Shown here piece after piece: positions 1 through 8,143 of a stretch of 62,022 nt of DNA. Made by a program: the position numbers and the translations under genes. Each line of letters opens with the position of its first letter. The first letter of the stretch is position 1. This DNA is from a virus. Taxonomy: Duplodnaviria > Caudoviricetes. Location of the stretch: positions 1 to 62,022 of IMG/VR virus record IMGVR_UViG_3300017710_000003, one strand, 5' to 3'. The notes below the pieces were generated by a model. That model saw nothing but the letters and a program-made list of their open reading frames with translations, searched no databases and had not been told where the DNA came from.

Positions 1-61
1 GTTTCTTTAACCACTCATCAATATAATTCTTCTCACTATTAAACATAATATAATAAATTTT

Positions 62-502
62 TTATAATCTTAAACCGATCTTTTGCACTTTAGGTTCAAA
101 CGACCAGAATAGGCCATTGTGAGTACCATTATCTCCTAAGTTTTGCATTTGATATAAATGTACCATTTCATGGATCAGTGTATCTAAAAAGTCTCTTTTA
201 CTTTTATATGATGGTTCCATTTCTAATTTGTAAAATCTAGTACCTTTTCTTTTCCACTCCATAGTAACCACTTGACCCATACACTTATCTCTAGTTAGGT
301 CTTTGATTAATACATCACCAAAGGCAGATAGTTTATTTCTAAATACAACTCTGTTAAACTCTTTGAAATACTTTTTAATATCTTTGTAAGTAGTAGCATA
401 TTTTTTCTTAATAGAGCATTGTCTAGTTATAGTTCTTTTAAGTTTAGCAGCACTTGACATTGTTTTATTTTTCTTCCTCATTCTTCTTTTTCCTCTTATC
501 AT
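62..502 (-). CDS. SprT-like zinc metalloprotease
   Basis: HExxH motif (LIHEMVHLYQ) followed by H-x-G-x-F (THNGLFW), the SprT family pattern. Confidence 0.75.
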   Translation of the reverse strand: MIRGKRRMRKKNKTMSSAAKLKRTITRQCSIKKKYATTYKDIKKYFKEFNRVVFRNKLSAFGDVLIKDLTRDKCMGQVVTMEWKRKGTRFYKLEMEPSYKSKRDFLDTLIHEMVHLYQMQNLGDNGTHNGLFWSFEPKVQKIGLRL

Positions 503-603
503 TAATAGTTTGTATTAATAACAAAGTCAATATGGACAAAATGATTATAACTAAATCTTTTGGCACATATGTATAAAGTATATTCAAATAATAGACTATA
601 GTA

Positions 604-930
604 CTAATTACATCCATTAGGTGATCCTTCTAGTAATTTGCACTTATACTTTTTGTCTGCTTCAAGTCTCATATCAGCAGCGATACCTTCTAATATTGAC
701 GGAAGATATTTCTGTAATATAACCATAGACTCAATCGCAAAATTGTGAGCAAGTCTATTTAACTCACTCTCTAATAACGCATTATGATTCATGTTACCAT
801 TGATTGTCTCAACTATAACATGACCTACTACTGCGTTTGTATATTCATCAGCATTTGCTTTTGAAAAAGCATTTGCAAGAGCATATACCCAAAAATAAAA
901 TATAAAGAATATTACAATAACTTTTTTCAT
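604..930 (-). CDS. hypothetical exported protein
   Basis: N-terminal hydrophobic signal-like segment; translationally coupled to its neighbour. Confidence 0.6.
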   Translation of the reverse strand: MKKVIVIFFIFYFWVYALANAFSKANADEYTNAVVGHVIVETINGNMNHNALLESELNRLAHNFAIESMVILQKYLPSILEGIAADMRLEADKKYKCKLLEGSPNGCN

Positions 931-1136
931 TACTGCATTACCTTTAGGTCTTCTTTGGCATAGTATAAAACTTCGCCAACATTTTCATCATCAATATTAA
1001 GTAAGTTTACGTCCTCAACATCCATGATGTCTTTGATAGCAGTTTGTTCAGTGATTAAATTATCAGTATAACTTTTGACAATCTTATCAACTTTGGTTTC
1101 TGCAATATCTGTATAGTATTGTTTAACTTTACTCAT
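930..1136 (-). CDS. hypothetical early protein
   Basis: ORF with AAGGA RBS-like sequence, downstream of the promoter at 1187-1215. Confidence 0.6.
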   Translation of the reverse strand: MSKVKQYYTDIAETKVDKIVKSYTDNLITEQTAIKDIMDVEDVNLLNIDDENVGEVLYYAKEDLKVMQ

Positions 1137-1186
1137 AACTATTTATTTCCTTTCATAATGTAAGTATTAATTGTTTTCATACTCAT

Positions 1187-1215
1187 AATATATCAGAAAT
1201 GGGTATAGTAAACAA
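1187..1215 (-). promoter_or_regulatory. variant sigma70-type early promoter
   Basis: TTGTTT-N17-TATATT; the same hexamers recur at 7597-7625. Confidence 0.6.
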
Positions 1216-1293
1216 GCAAATAATGGAATAATAGTCCGTTTTTTATGTTGAATTATATAGGGAAATTAGGGTGCGACATTGTGTCAAGTAGAT

Positions 1294-1308
1294 GTTCTAC
1301 TTTTGTTC
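1294..1308 (+). promoter_or_regulatory. alphaproteobacterial LexA (SOS) box
   Basis: GTTC-tactttt-GTTC = GTTC-N7-GTTC in an intergenic region. Confidence 0.6.
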
Positions 1309-1346
1309 TACACCCTAAAGTTGTATTTGTATCGAATCAGATACAA

Positions 1347-1835
1347 TTATTTATTTTTAGTGAAATTCTCAGTCCACCCAAACGCTTTTTTAACTAGGTC
1401 AGCCGTCAAGCCACTATAAACATTAGATAAATTTTTGTTTCTAACATTCAATAATAGTTTTGATTCTTCAGCGTGTAGACCTTCTAGCATTTGAATAAAC
1501 AAAATTTCTCGTTTTGCTTTATTGAGAACATTAGCGCCTTTTATGAAATAGTGTAGTCTTCTTGCTTCACTATGTAAGGTTGTATGTTCAGTACCAGCAG
1601 GCGCTTCATTTTCTTTGTAAGGTGGTGTACCCTCAGGTAACTCCCATACGATTTTAGGATCAAAGGCACCTTTGAGTAATTGTCTCATAGGTGTACTGTC
1701 ATTTTTTCTTAAAATGTCTAGTTTAGCAGCTTCTGTTTCTGCTTTATCTAGGTCTCTAAAAATCTCAAAAAATAAAGGTGCTGATGATGTTGCCATCGCC
1801 ATGTTGTTCAATGCACTTGTCGTTGTTGTAGCCAT
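1347..1835 (-). CDS. conserved T4-like marine phage protein (DUF6433-like)
   Basis: W-x-LPEG-x-PPY and FIQMLEGLH-x-EE motifs recalled from T4-like cyano/pelagiphage proteins; late-promoter variant CATAAATA at 1855-1862. Confidence 0.6.
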   Translation of the reverse strand: MATTTTSALNNMAMATSSAPLFFEIFRDLDKAETEAAKLDILRKNDSTPMRQLLKGAFDPKIVWELPEGTPPYKENEAPAGTEHTTLHSEARRLHYFIKGANVLNKAKREILFIQMLEGLHAEESKLLLNVRNKNLSNVYSGLTADLVKKAFGWTENFTKNK

Positions 1836-1873
1836 AATTAATTCTCCTTATTCTTATTTATGTAAGAATTAGA

Positions 1874-1893
1874 TGTGGGGTTTTCACCCCACA
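1874..1893 (-). terminator. stem-loop after the HTH gene
   Basis: tgtgggg-ttttca-ccccaca inverted repeat; weak U tract. Confidence 0.5.
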
Positions 1894-1913
1894 CCTTAAA
1901 TGTGTAATCTAAA

Positions 1914-2243
1914 TTACGCATTTCTGTAAGCATACGGAGTACCGTATAACTTTTTGATACCAGCAGCGATTATCGCTTTTGTTGGAACACCCATTCTGTA
2001 AGATGTACCTTTAGTAGATTTGTTAACATAGATCATGTTTCCTTCTGATCTTAATGTGTCAACAAGTGATCTAGGACTACCTAAATCAAATCTATTTCTT
2101 AAAGTCTTCCAAGATACAGACTCACCTTTTGATAAAAGGTTTAAAACTTTTTGTCTTTTAGACATAGTTTTTCTGCCTCTTTTTGATACTTTTTTTGTTT
2201 TTGATATAACTCTAGCAGAGTCACCGAATAATGATTTAAACAT
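1914..2243 (-). CDS. winged helix-turn-helix nucleic-acid-binding protein
   Basis: KVLNLL...SWKTLRNRFDL..PRSLVDTLRSEG..IY pattern; very basic N-terminus. Confidence 0.6.
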   Translation of the reverse strand: MFKSLFGDSARVISKTKKVSKRGRKTMSKRQKVLNLLSKGESVSWKTLRNRFDLGSPRSLVDTLRSEGNMIYVNKSTKGTSYRMGVPTKAIIAAGIKKLYGTPYAYRNA

Positions 2244-2259
2244 TATTACTCCTATAATT

Positions 2260-2303
2260 GTGCCTCAATTTGATAAATTATGTAGTGGCACTTTACTACA
2301 TAA
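2260..2303 (-). promoter_or_regulatory. H-type RNA pseudoknot upstream of the RBS
   Basis: mRNA: S1 UUAUGUAGU/ACUACAUAA, L1 AAA, S2 GUGCC/GGCAC, L2 13 nt, ending 6 nt before AGGAG. Confidence 0.6.
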
Positions 2304-2319
2304 AGTATTACCAGGTTCT

Positions 2320-2826
2320 TTAGGTAATTTTGTCACCATCATCATCTTTTTTTTGATGTTTACTAATTAACTCTTCTAACTTTTTAAGAGTCTCTGGTGG
2401 TAAATCTTTTTTCTTTATTTTACTTCTAAATAAAATATCTGAATAATTCATTTGTACATAACTTAACTTGTCTTCTTCACTCTGTTTTAGTATCTTGCCA
2501 TTAGCAGCCACACTCTGAGCAACACGGTCAACAATATTATGTAAACTATGTTTTAGGTTAAAGTCTCTATACAGACACGACTTCACACTCTCCATTATGA
2601 AAGCAAAGTCTTTTTGAAATTGAGCGTCATCTGTTGCAATAGAATTTTGCCCAAACAATATAAACAATTCATCTTGCACCTTTTCCATCAGTGTGGTTAC
2701 AAATAATCTTGCCTGTAAATCTTTTAATTCTTTTTGATGTTTAGGTGAAATCTGTTTTTTAGGTTCTTGTTTTATTTTAGGAAAGATAATTACGTTATCT
2801 TTATCGTCAATCTTATCTGTCATCAT
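2320..2826 (-). CDS. hypothetical protein
   Basis: 168 aa ORF coupled to glutaredoxin; N-terminal NVIIFP motif. Confidence 0.6.
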   Translation of the reverse strand: MMTDKIDDKDNVIIFPKIKQEPKKQISPKHQKELKDLQARLFVTTLMEKVQDELFILFGQNSIATDDAQFQKDFAFIMESVKSCLYRDFNLKHSLHNIVDRVAQSVAANGKILKQSEEDKLSYVQMNYSDILFRSKIKKKDLPPETLKKLEELISKHQKKDDDGDKIT

Positions 2827-3089
2827 TATATCTTTTCACCTTTAAAATTAACTAGACCTTTGTCAGCAAGGTATTCTACTAACTGATTATACCCACCTAA
2901 TAATTTATCATCTACTTTAATTTGTGGCATACTTCTTACAGGTTTGCCTATGTTCTCAAACATATCGCCAACATCTTTAAAATCTTCCATCTTCTTCTCT
3001 GTGTATTCAAGGCCAACACTCTTTAATAAGTTTTTGGCCTTGGTACAGAAAGTACAATTGTTTTTTGAATAAACAACTACTTTACTCAT
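2826..3089 (-). CDS. nrdC: glutaredoxin
   Basis: YSKNNCTFC active site, MPQI cis-Pro and GGY motifs. Confidence 0.9.
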   Translation of the reverse strand: MSKVVVYSKNNCTFCTKAKNLLKSVGLEYTEKKMEDFKDVGDMFENIGKPVRSMPQIKVDDKLLGGYNQLVEYLADKGLVNFKGEKI

Positions 3090-3708
3090 TTACTTTGTCC
3101 TCTTTAGCAATCATTTCTACTTCGTTATATTTCTTCTCAGCAAGTTTCTTTAACTCGTAAGCGTCAACAACCGTTTCGATTGCATAATCATACATCTTGT
3201 TAGCGTCACCTAGTGGTAATTTCAAACCAACCCAAGCACGATAGTAACCATTCTTCGTCATAGTTACCTCTGTTTTGAATATTTCATATCCTCTAACAGG
3301 TGTATTTTTAATTATGTTAACAAGAGTCGTTTCTACATCTGATACAACTGTTTTTGTATTAGTTTTACCTAATTCAGTTGTAAAGATTTTCGCCTTCTTG
3401 TTCATCTCACCCTTAATCATATCGGCCATTTCTGCCTTAGCGATTAGGGATGCCTTTTCTATTGCAAGTTCAAGGTCTGGAGACACTGAAGTACCTACAC
3501 CGAATATACACTTTTTATCTTTATTCTTACCGAATTTAGTAGTGCCACATTCTTTTTTCTTATTGTAGTCATTCATGTACCAGGCAGGAACTTTTGCAAC
3601 AGCCTTACCTTTTTCTTGTTTGATAGTGTATGTTTTATTTGCTGTACAATTTGCAACAAGCAAACTTAACACGCCTACAAACAATATTTTCACATACTTA
3701 TTCATCAT
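3082..3708 (-). CDS. LPP20-family lipoprotein
   Basis: lipobox VANC; VPAWY and A..KA...AK motifs. Confidence 0.65.
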   Translation of the reverse strand: MMNKYVKILFVGVLSLLVANCTANKTYTIKQEKGKAVAKVPAWYMNDYNKKKECGTTKFGKNKDKKCIFGVGTSVSPDLELAIEKASLIAKAEMADMIKGEMNKKAKIFTTELGKTNTKTVVSDVETTLVNIIKNTPVRGYEIFKTEVTMTKNGYYRAWVGLKLPLGDANKMYDYAIETVVDAYELKKLAEKKYNEVEMIAKEDKVNE

Positions 3709-3850
3709 TTATTACCTTCTCCTTCATATTATACACTAACTCTCTAGTCTTGTCAACAAGCTGATACCTATCAACCGTTGTATTAAATTGTTCCCAGTTG
3801 AGAGCCAGTAAGACCCAAAGAACAATTATAGTAAATGACAATTTTATCAT
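3698..3850 (-). CDS. small membrane protein (50 aa, not in ORF track)
   Basis: MIKLSFTIIVLWVLLALNWEQF...; start overlaps the upstream stop. Confidence 0.5.
   Translation of the reverse strand: MIKLSFTIIVLWVLLALNWEQFNTTVDRYQLVDKTRELVYNMKEKVINDE
3728..3756 (-). promoter_or_regulatory. sigma70 promoter
   Basis: TTGACA-N17-TATAAT. Confidence 0.8.
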
Positions 3851-4398
3851 CTTTTCATCACCTCCCATTTACCAGTTGGATTCAAACAAACCGTACCAGG
3901 TCTCTTAAACCATGATTGTGGTCTTGCGTATTTTCTGCAATATAACGGTGCATTTGAATCTCTATAATAAAACTCTGCAAATAATTCCCAATAACCAGGT
4001 TTTCTTGCCTTTTCTAGTTCTATTTCTTTTTCTAATTCTTCAATCTTTTGACTCTTTGTAATCCCAAATTTTGTATCAGCACAATGTAATTCTTCTTTTT
4101 TAACAATCTCATCGCCTTGTTGTTTTATATTGATAGTCACAAAACACCATTGTCCGTCTGGAGTTAAAAATCTATCTTTCTCTTTACTATACAAAGTGTT
4201 ATCATCACTTAAACTAATTTTCTCTGCTGTATAGGTTTCTAAACCTGTATCTACTTTAATCACTTTTGCCTTCTTCAATTGTTTTTCATTCAGGTCGTCT
4301 CTTAATCCATCAACTTCAGCAAAAGCAACCTTTGATAATGTAATTAATATTAATGTATAGAACATCAATTGTAATATTGCAAATATAGGATACTTCAT
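3847..4398 (-). CDS. exported hypothetical protein
   Basis: signal peptide; C-terminal CRKY...GTVCL...G.W resembles the end of the 17-kDa antigen-like neighbour. Confidence 0.55.
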   Translation of the reverse strand: MKYPIFAILQLMFYTLILITLSKVAFAEVDGLRDDLNEKQLKKAKVIKVDTGLETYTAEKISLSDDNTLYSKEKDRFLTPDGQWCFVTINIKQQGDEIVKKEELHCADTKFGITKSQKIEELEKEIELEKARKPGYWELFAEFYYRDSNAPLYCRKYARPQSWFKRPGTVCLNPTGKWEVMKR

Positions 4399-4673
4399 TA
4401 GTTTAGTTTCTCCTTATCTGCGTCTTCACTTGATAATAATAAAATAACATAATGTATTGCCTTCATTAAATCTTTTCTATTTTTGCCATCTTTTTTTCCG
4501 TATCTGCACAAATACTTAATTGCATTTGCCTGACAAAAATCTTTATCAATACCTAATTGTCTGAGCATATCTTGTACTTGAAACCCATCCTTTGTAGTAC
4601 TATAATGTTCGCCATAGGTTGACTTGATATACTTTTTTATTTCTTCTAATATCTTATCTTCTTTATATTTCAT
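4398..4673 (-). CDS. DUF3310-family protein
   Basis: HY...NAIKYLCRYGKK.G...DLMKAIHY signature. Confidence 0.8.
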   Translation of the reverse strand: MKYKEDKILEEIKKYIKSTYGEHYSTTKDGFQVQDMLRQLGIDKDFCQANAIKYLCRYGKKDGKNRKDLMKAIHYVILLLSSEDADKEKLN

Positions 4674-5206
4674 TATTTTTGTATCTCAATTCTACCATCA
4701 GGTAACATACACGCAACACCAAAATTAGTTCTTCTTACAGGACCACTACTTGCCCATTGCATTGGCCACGATGGTGAAATATCAATAGTCGATTCATAGT
4801 CTCTACATTTGAAAGGACCTTTGTACCATGTTCTTGTTGTTTTAATAATACCTGAATTTTTAGTTTTAGGATTATACCAGTTTGTAATATTAGGTTTGTT
4901 AGGAGCACCAATTAAGTGATCTACAAAATACTTCTTATGATTGTTGAAGTCATCATTCCAGATTTGATCTGCGCCGTGAGCAGCACCTGCCATAGCACAA
5001 GCTGCAATTGCATAAGGGTCGTTTATAACCGTAGAGCAAGTTGCCCCAGCGGTTACAGCGCCAGTGGTTGCGCCACTAGAAGATACAAGAGCATCCCTAG
5101 CAGCACAATTAACTAACAACAAACAACAACTAATTATTAATAGACTTTTTTTCAATGTCTTTTTCTTTCTGTTCTTCTGCGTGTTTTTTAGCAACATACT
5201 CGTCAT
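4673..5206 (-). CDS. 17-kDa surface antigen-like lipoprotein (RT0821/Lpp0805-like)
   Basis: lipobox LVNC, Gly/Ala zipper, W.NP.T.NSG, CRDY and AC..PDG motifs; true start probably downstream of 5206. Confidence 0.7.
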   Translation of the reverse strand: MTSMLLKNTQKNRKKKTLKKSLLIISCCLLLVNCAARDALVSSSGATTGAVTAGATCSTVINDPYAIAACAMAGAAHGADQIWNDDFNNHKKYFVDHLIGAPNKPNITNWYNPKTKNSGIIKTTRTWYKGPFKCRDYESTIDISPSWPMQWASSGPVRRTNFGVACMLPDGRIEIQK

Positions 5207-5459
5207 AACTCATTCCGAAGCCAACTTTGTAAAAATGATCAAGTGGACTTGGACTAGAATACGCAAGAATTAATTTGTCAAAATTAATATCTAAACCAGA
5301 GTATTGATTTCTGTTAGATTTTTTAGCGTCTCTGTGTGATTTTAGAACAGCGAGTCTATTCGTAAATACTTCTTCTCTCGGTTCTGGTTTCTTTGATTTT
5401 GCAATATCTTTTTGTTTTGCAATCTCAAACTCTTTAAATATACTTTGTTTAGTGTTCAT
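5130..5459 (-). CDS. hypothetical early protein
   Basis: GGAGG RBS; promoter at 5498-5526. Confidence 0.65.
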   Translation of the reverse strand: MNTKQSIFKEFEIAKQKDIAKSKKPEPREEVFTNRLAVLKSHRDAKKSNRNQYSGLDINFDKLILAYSSPSPLDHFYKVGFGMSYDEYVAKKHAEEQKEKDIEKKSINN

Positions 5460-5497
5460 AATATAAGACCTCCCATAGTTTTGTCATATTTGTTATT

Positions 5498-5526
5498 AGT
5501 ATATCAGTTTTAGTCAATCTTGTCAA
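5498..5526 (-). promoter_or_regulatory. sigma70 promoter
   Basis: TTGACA-N17-TATACT. Confidence 0.75.
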
Positions 5527-5563
5527 CCCCTAAAAAAGTCAATAAAATCAACACTTCTGGCAT

Positions 5564-5770
5564 TTAACTTGTAAAATCCATGCCTGATTCTCTTATTTTT
5601 TGACATAAATCAGGTCCGTCAACAGATTTTATCACATAATAATCTTCGGTATTGTCAATTACCTTTTTGATTATATTGTTATCTTTAAACCATGTCTCTG
5701 CTCTAGCAGAAACAGGTCTAATTAAACTAGTGCCGTCATTGGCACTAGTATATACAAAGTCGCCGTTCAT
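5564..5770 (-). CDS. hypothetical protein
   Basis: coupled ORF. Confidence 0.55.
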   Translation of the reverse strand: MNGDFVYTSANDGTSLIRPVSARAETWFKDNNIIKKVIDNTEDYYVIKSVDGPDLCQKIRESGMDFTS

Positions 5771-6027
5771 TATTTGTTACCTTTGAACAATGAAACTATG
5801 TTTTCTTTTGTTCTAATAAATTGTGCCTTACTTTCAGCCCAACCTTCTTTTTGATACTCTTTAGTTTTAACCCACTCGTTTTGTAAATGAGTAGATACTT
5901 TACTAGGTATTTCTTTTATACCCTTACCTAAGTCACTAATAGATTTCTTTTCATCTGCCATTAGATTTCCGCCTAATGTTAAGAAACAAATCATCATAGC
6001 CATTATTATCACGTATGCTCTTATCAT
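5770..6027 (-). CDS. exported hypothetical protein
   Basis: signal peptide; EW.KTKEYQK..W amphipathic motif. Confidence 0.55.
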   Translation of the reverse strand: MIRAYVIIMAMMICFLTLGGNLMADEKKSISDLGKGIKEIPSKVSTHLQNEWVKTKEYQKEGWAESKAQFIRTKENIVSLFKGNK

Positions 6028-6308
6028 ACTTTCCTTCCCATTGTTTTAAAATCAGCAGCGTCAACAACTTGATAATTACCTTTGTTGTAAGCGATACCGA
6101 TTGTTTTACCAGCAGGCATTTTTGCTATGGGTAAAGTTCTCTTTACACAAGCGCCTGGGATCCTATCACTCGTTGGTATAGAATTTCTTTTAAGACCATT
6201 AATATCTAACGATAAATCGGGTAATGAAAAACCCATAAGTGTCTTTTTGAAAGACGGTCTGTTTATACTTTTATATATCTCTTTATTTGATCTTTTTAAT
6301 GATTTCAT
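6024..6308 (-). CDS. conserved phage hypothetical protein
   Basis: C-terminal IAYNKGNYQ motif recalled from T4-like marine phage proteins. Confidence 0.6.
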   Translation of the reverse strand: MKSLKRSNKEIYKSINRPSFKKTLMGFSLPDLSLDINGLKRNSIPTSDRIPGACVKRTLPIAKMPAGKTIGIAYNKGNYQVVDAADFKTMGRKV

Positions 6309-6324
6309 TTAAGTGTTTCTTTAT

Positions 6325-6353
6325 ATTATCGCATTTTTCTTTAATTTTGTCAA
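6325..6353 (-). promoter_or_regulatory. sigma70 promoter
   Basis: TTGACA-N17-GATAAT. Confidence 0.7.
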
Positions 6354-6436
6354 GCGTTATTTCAGCACTAATTGTTAGGGAAATACAATATGCTAACCCT
6401 AACATTATAAAAAGTAATAGAATCAATTGTAATGTA

Positions 6437-6838
6437 TCACCCATATTTGAAGTACTTCACCTTTCCCTCTACGTAACCATATCTTTTAATCTTTAAATCT
6501 GGTTTTGTAAACATAGAATTTGCGTCACCTTGTTTATAACCTTTCTTATGTGAAAGTGTTATGTGAGCAGCACCATTGTCGTTTCTCTTAATCTTTTTGT
6601 CATCTTCTAATAAGAACATATCGCCAACCCAAAATGCTTCAATATTAGCATTTGATCTATAACCTTTAATCATAGCACCTACTTTTTTACCTATAAGTTT
6701 AGAGTATTTGTCATAAACTTCTTTAACAGGTTTATATGCAAGTGTTATATGATCTGAAACTATAACAGGCATTGTAGCACTTTTCTTAACTGCATTACAA
6801 CTCTGTTTATCTAATTGTATAGCAAAGTATCCGTTCAT
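6437..6838 (-). CDS. 2H phosphoesterase (cyclic phosphodiesterase-like)
   Basis: two HxT motifs (DHITL, AHITL) about 60 aa apart. Confidence 0.7.
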   Translation of the reverse strand: MNGYFAIQLDKQSCNAVKKSATMPVIVSDHITLAYKPVKEVYDKYSKLIGKKVGAMIKGYRSNANIEAFWVGDMFLLEDDKKIKRNDNGAAHITLSHKKGYKQGDANSMFTKPDLKIKRYGYVEGKVKYFKYG

Positions 6839-7146
6839 TATTTTCCTAGTTTACTTTCATTTTCTAAATTGATAGAAACATCTATATCTGATTCTTGTCT
6901 CATCCATGATGTGTCTTCAACATAATCATTTTTTTTAATAACATCTTTTATCTGAATAAAATAACACCAGTAAGAACCAAATGTAATTGCACCAACATAA
7001 TTTAAATCAGTGTCATATGTTTTAGCACTCAATGATTGTTCACTCTCAGCTGCTATATCAGCAGGGTCTGTTGCAATACCTATATTGGTAACAACACCCT
7101 CTCTACCTCTTTCGTCTCTTATTGTATCGCCTAAATTAATTTGCAT
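6838..7146 (-). CDS. hypothetical protein
   Basis: coupled ORF with GGAGG RBS. Confidence 0.55.
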   Translation of the reverse strand: MQINLGDTIRDERGREGVVTNIGIATDPADIAAESEQSLSAKTYDTDLNYVGAITFGSYWCYFIQIKDVIKKNDYVEDTSWMRQESDIDVSINLENESKLGK

Positions 7147-7588
7147 AACGATTTCCTCCTTCTCTTTTTAGTTCGTTTTTGTATGTTCTAGCATCCAAAC
7201 TCTCTGTAAGTTTGGGTGCAAAATCGTGTTTAAAAAATTGTCTACCATTCCACAACTGACCGTAATCATTAAAAAATGATTTATCATTATCAACTATGTC
7301 AGCACCAAATTCATCTGAATATGTTCTGTAGTAATCTTTACCTGTAATTATTTCTACTTCACTAGAACCTGTAGCATTTGTAGCGTCTTCTTTAAAATTA
7401 TTATCACAGAAAGACTTTATCTTTTTAAATTTTGTTTCAGTATTCAAAGTCTTTAAATGTTTCATAGGTACGTTTCTGAATATTGTATAATAGATAGGAA
7501 AAAATTCATCAAATCTATCCTCTGAATCTTGGTATTCTCTTTTGTAAACTAAATTAAAAGTATTATTTTTTGTAAGTTTTTGTGTCAT
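7136..7588 (-). CDS. hypothetical early protein
   Basis: directly downstream of the promoter at 7597-7625 (possibly near-leaderless). Confidence 0.6.
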   Translation of the reverse strand: MTQKLTKNNTFNLVYKREYQDSEDRFDEFFPIYYTIFRNVPMKHLKTLNTETKFKKIKSFCDNNFKEDATNATGSSEVEIITGKDYYRTYSDEFGADIVDNDKSFFNDYGQLWNGRQFFKHDFAPKLTESLDARTYKNELKREGGNRYAN

Positions 7589-7596
7589 ATACGTAT

Positions 7597-7625
7597 AATA
7601 TACACTATATACGGATATTAAACAA
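7597..7625 (-). promoter_or_regulatory. variant sigma70-type early promoter
   Basis: TTGTTT-N17-TATATT, same as 1187-1215. Confidence 0.6.
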
Positions 7626-7691
7626 GCATTATTCCTGTTGATTTTACTAGGTTTTTAAGATTTTAGAAGGCGCATTTTGACGCACATAGAA

Positions 7692-7706
7692 GAACAAAGC
7701 GTGAAC
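7692..7706 (-). promoter_or_regulatory. alphaproteobacterial LexA (SOS) box
   Basis: GAAC-aaagcgt-GAAC on plus = GTTC-N7-GTTC on minus. Confidence 0.6.
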
Positions 7707-7708
7707 AT

Positions 7709-8143
7709 CTATAAAGATTCGTTGTATTCATTAACTAATTGCGTACCTAGTTCATAGCATGTCTGCATATCATCAAGTACATAAGCATCCACAAACTGAT
7801 ACCCATTCTCTATCATGCTCATAATTCGTTTGCAACCTCTACTTGCCACATATATAAAACCATCTTCATTAGTTCTAACAATTGTATTAGGATTTCTATA
7901 AGGTATATTACCTACCTTTTCACCTTGCCATCTTTCAGGTGTTATTTTACACACCACTAATGGATTGATTAAGTAATTTTTAATATATGTCTTACCTATC
8001 TCTCTAGGAATATATGTAAGTTTAGTTATATCAACTACTTGTACAGGTATGTTAAAACCTCTGTGACCATAGAAGTATCTAGGACAATATCGTTTCTTTG
8101 CTTGTAAGTATTTACCAGGATCAAAGTCTTCTACTATCGCCAT
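7709..8143 (-). CDS. ParB/Srx N-terminal-like protein
   Basis: LINPLVV...G-x-x-R...G...VDAYV spacing typical of the ParBc fold (weak). Confidence 0.4.
   Translation of the reverse strand: MAIVEDFDPGKYLQAKKRYCPRYFYGHRGFNIPVQVVDITKLTYIPREIGKTYIKNYLINPLVVCKITPERWQGEKVGNIPYRNPNTIVRTNEDGFIYVASRGCKRIMSMIENGYQFVDAYVLDDMQTCYELGTQLVNEYNESL

Noticed and set aside
2260-2303. Assigning the pseudoknot as a SAM-V or preQ1 riboswitch
   Set aside because: It lacks the conserved ligand-binding nucleotides as I recall them, and the downstream gene is not metabolic; kept as an unassigned structure.
1290-7710. Inverted AGATGTTC...GTTCT motifs as ends of an invertible segment
   Set aside because: The match is short and imperfect, no recombinase is present, genes inside and outside are co-oriented, and LexA boxes explain it.
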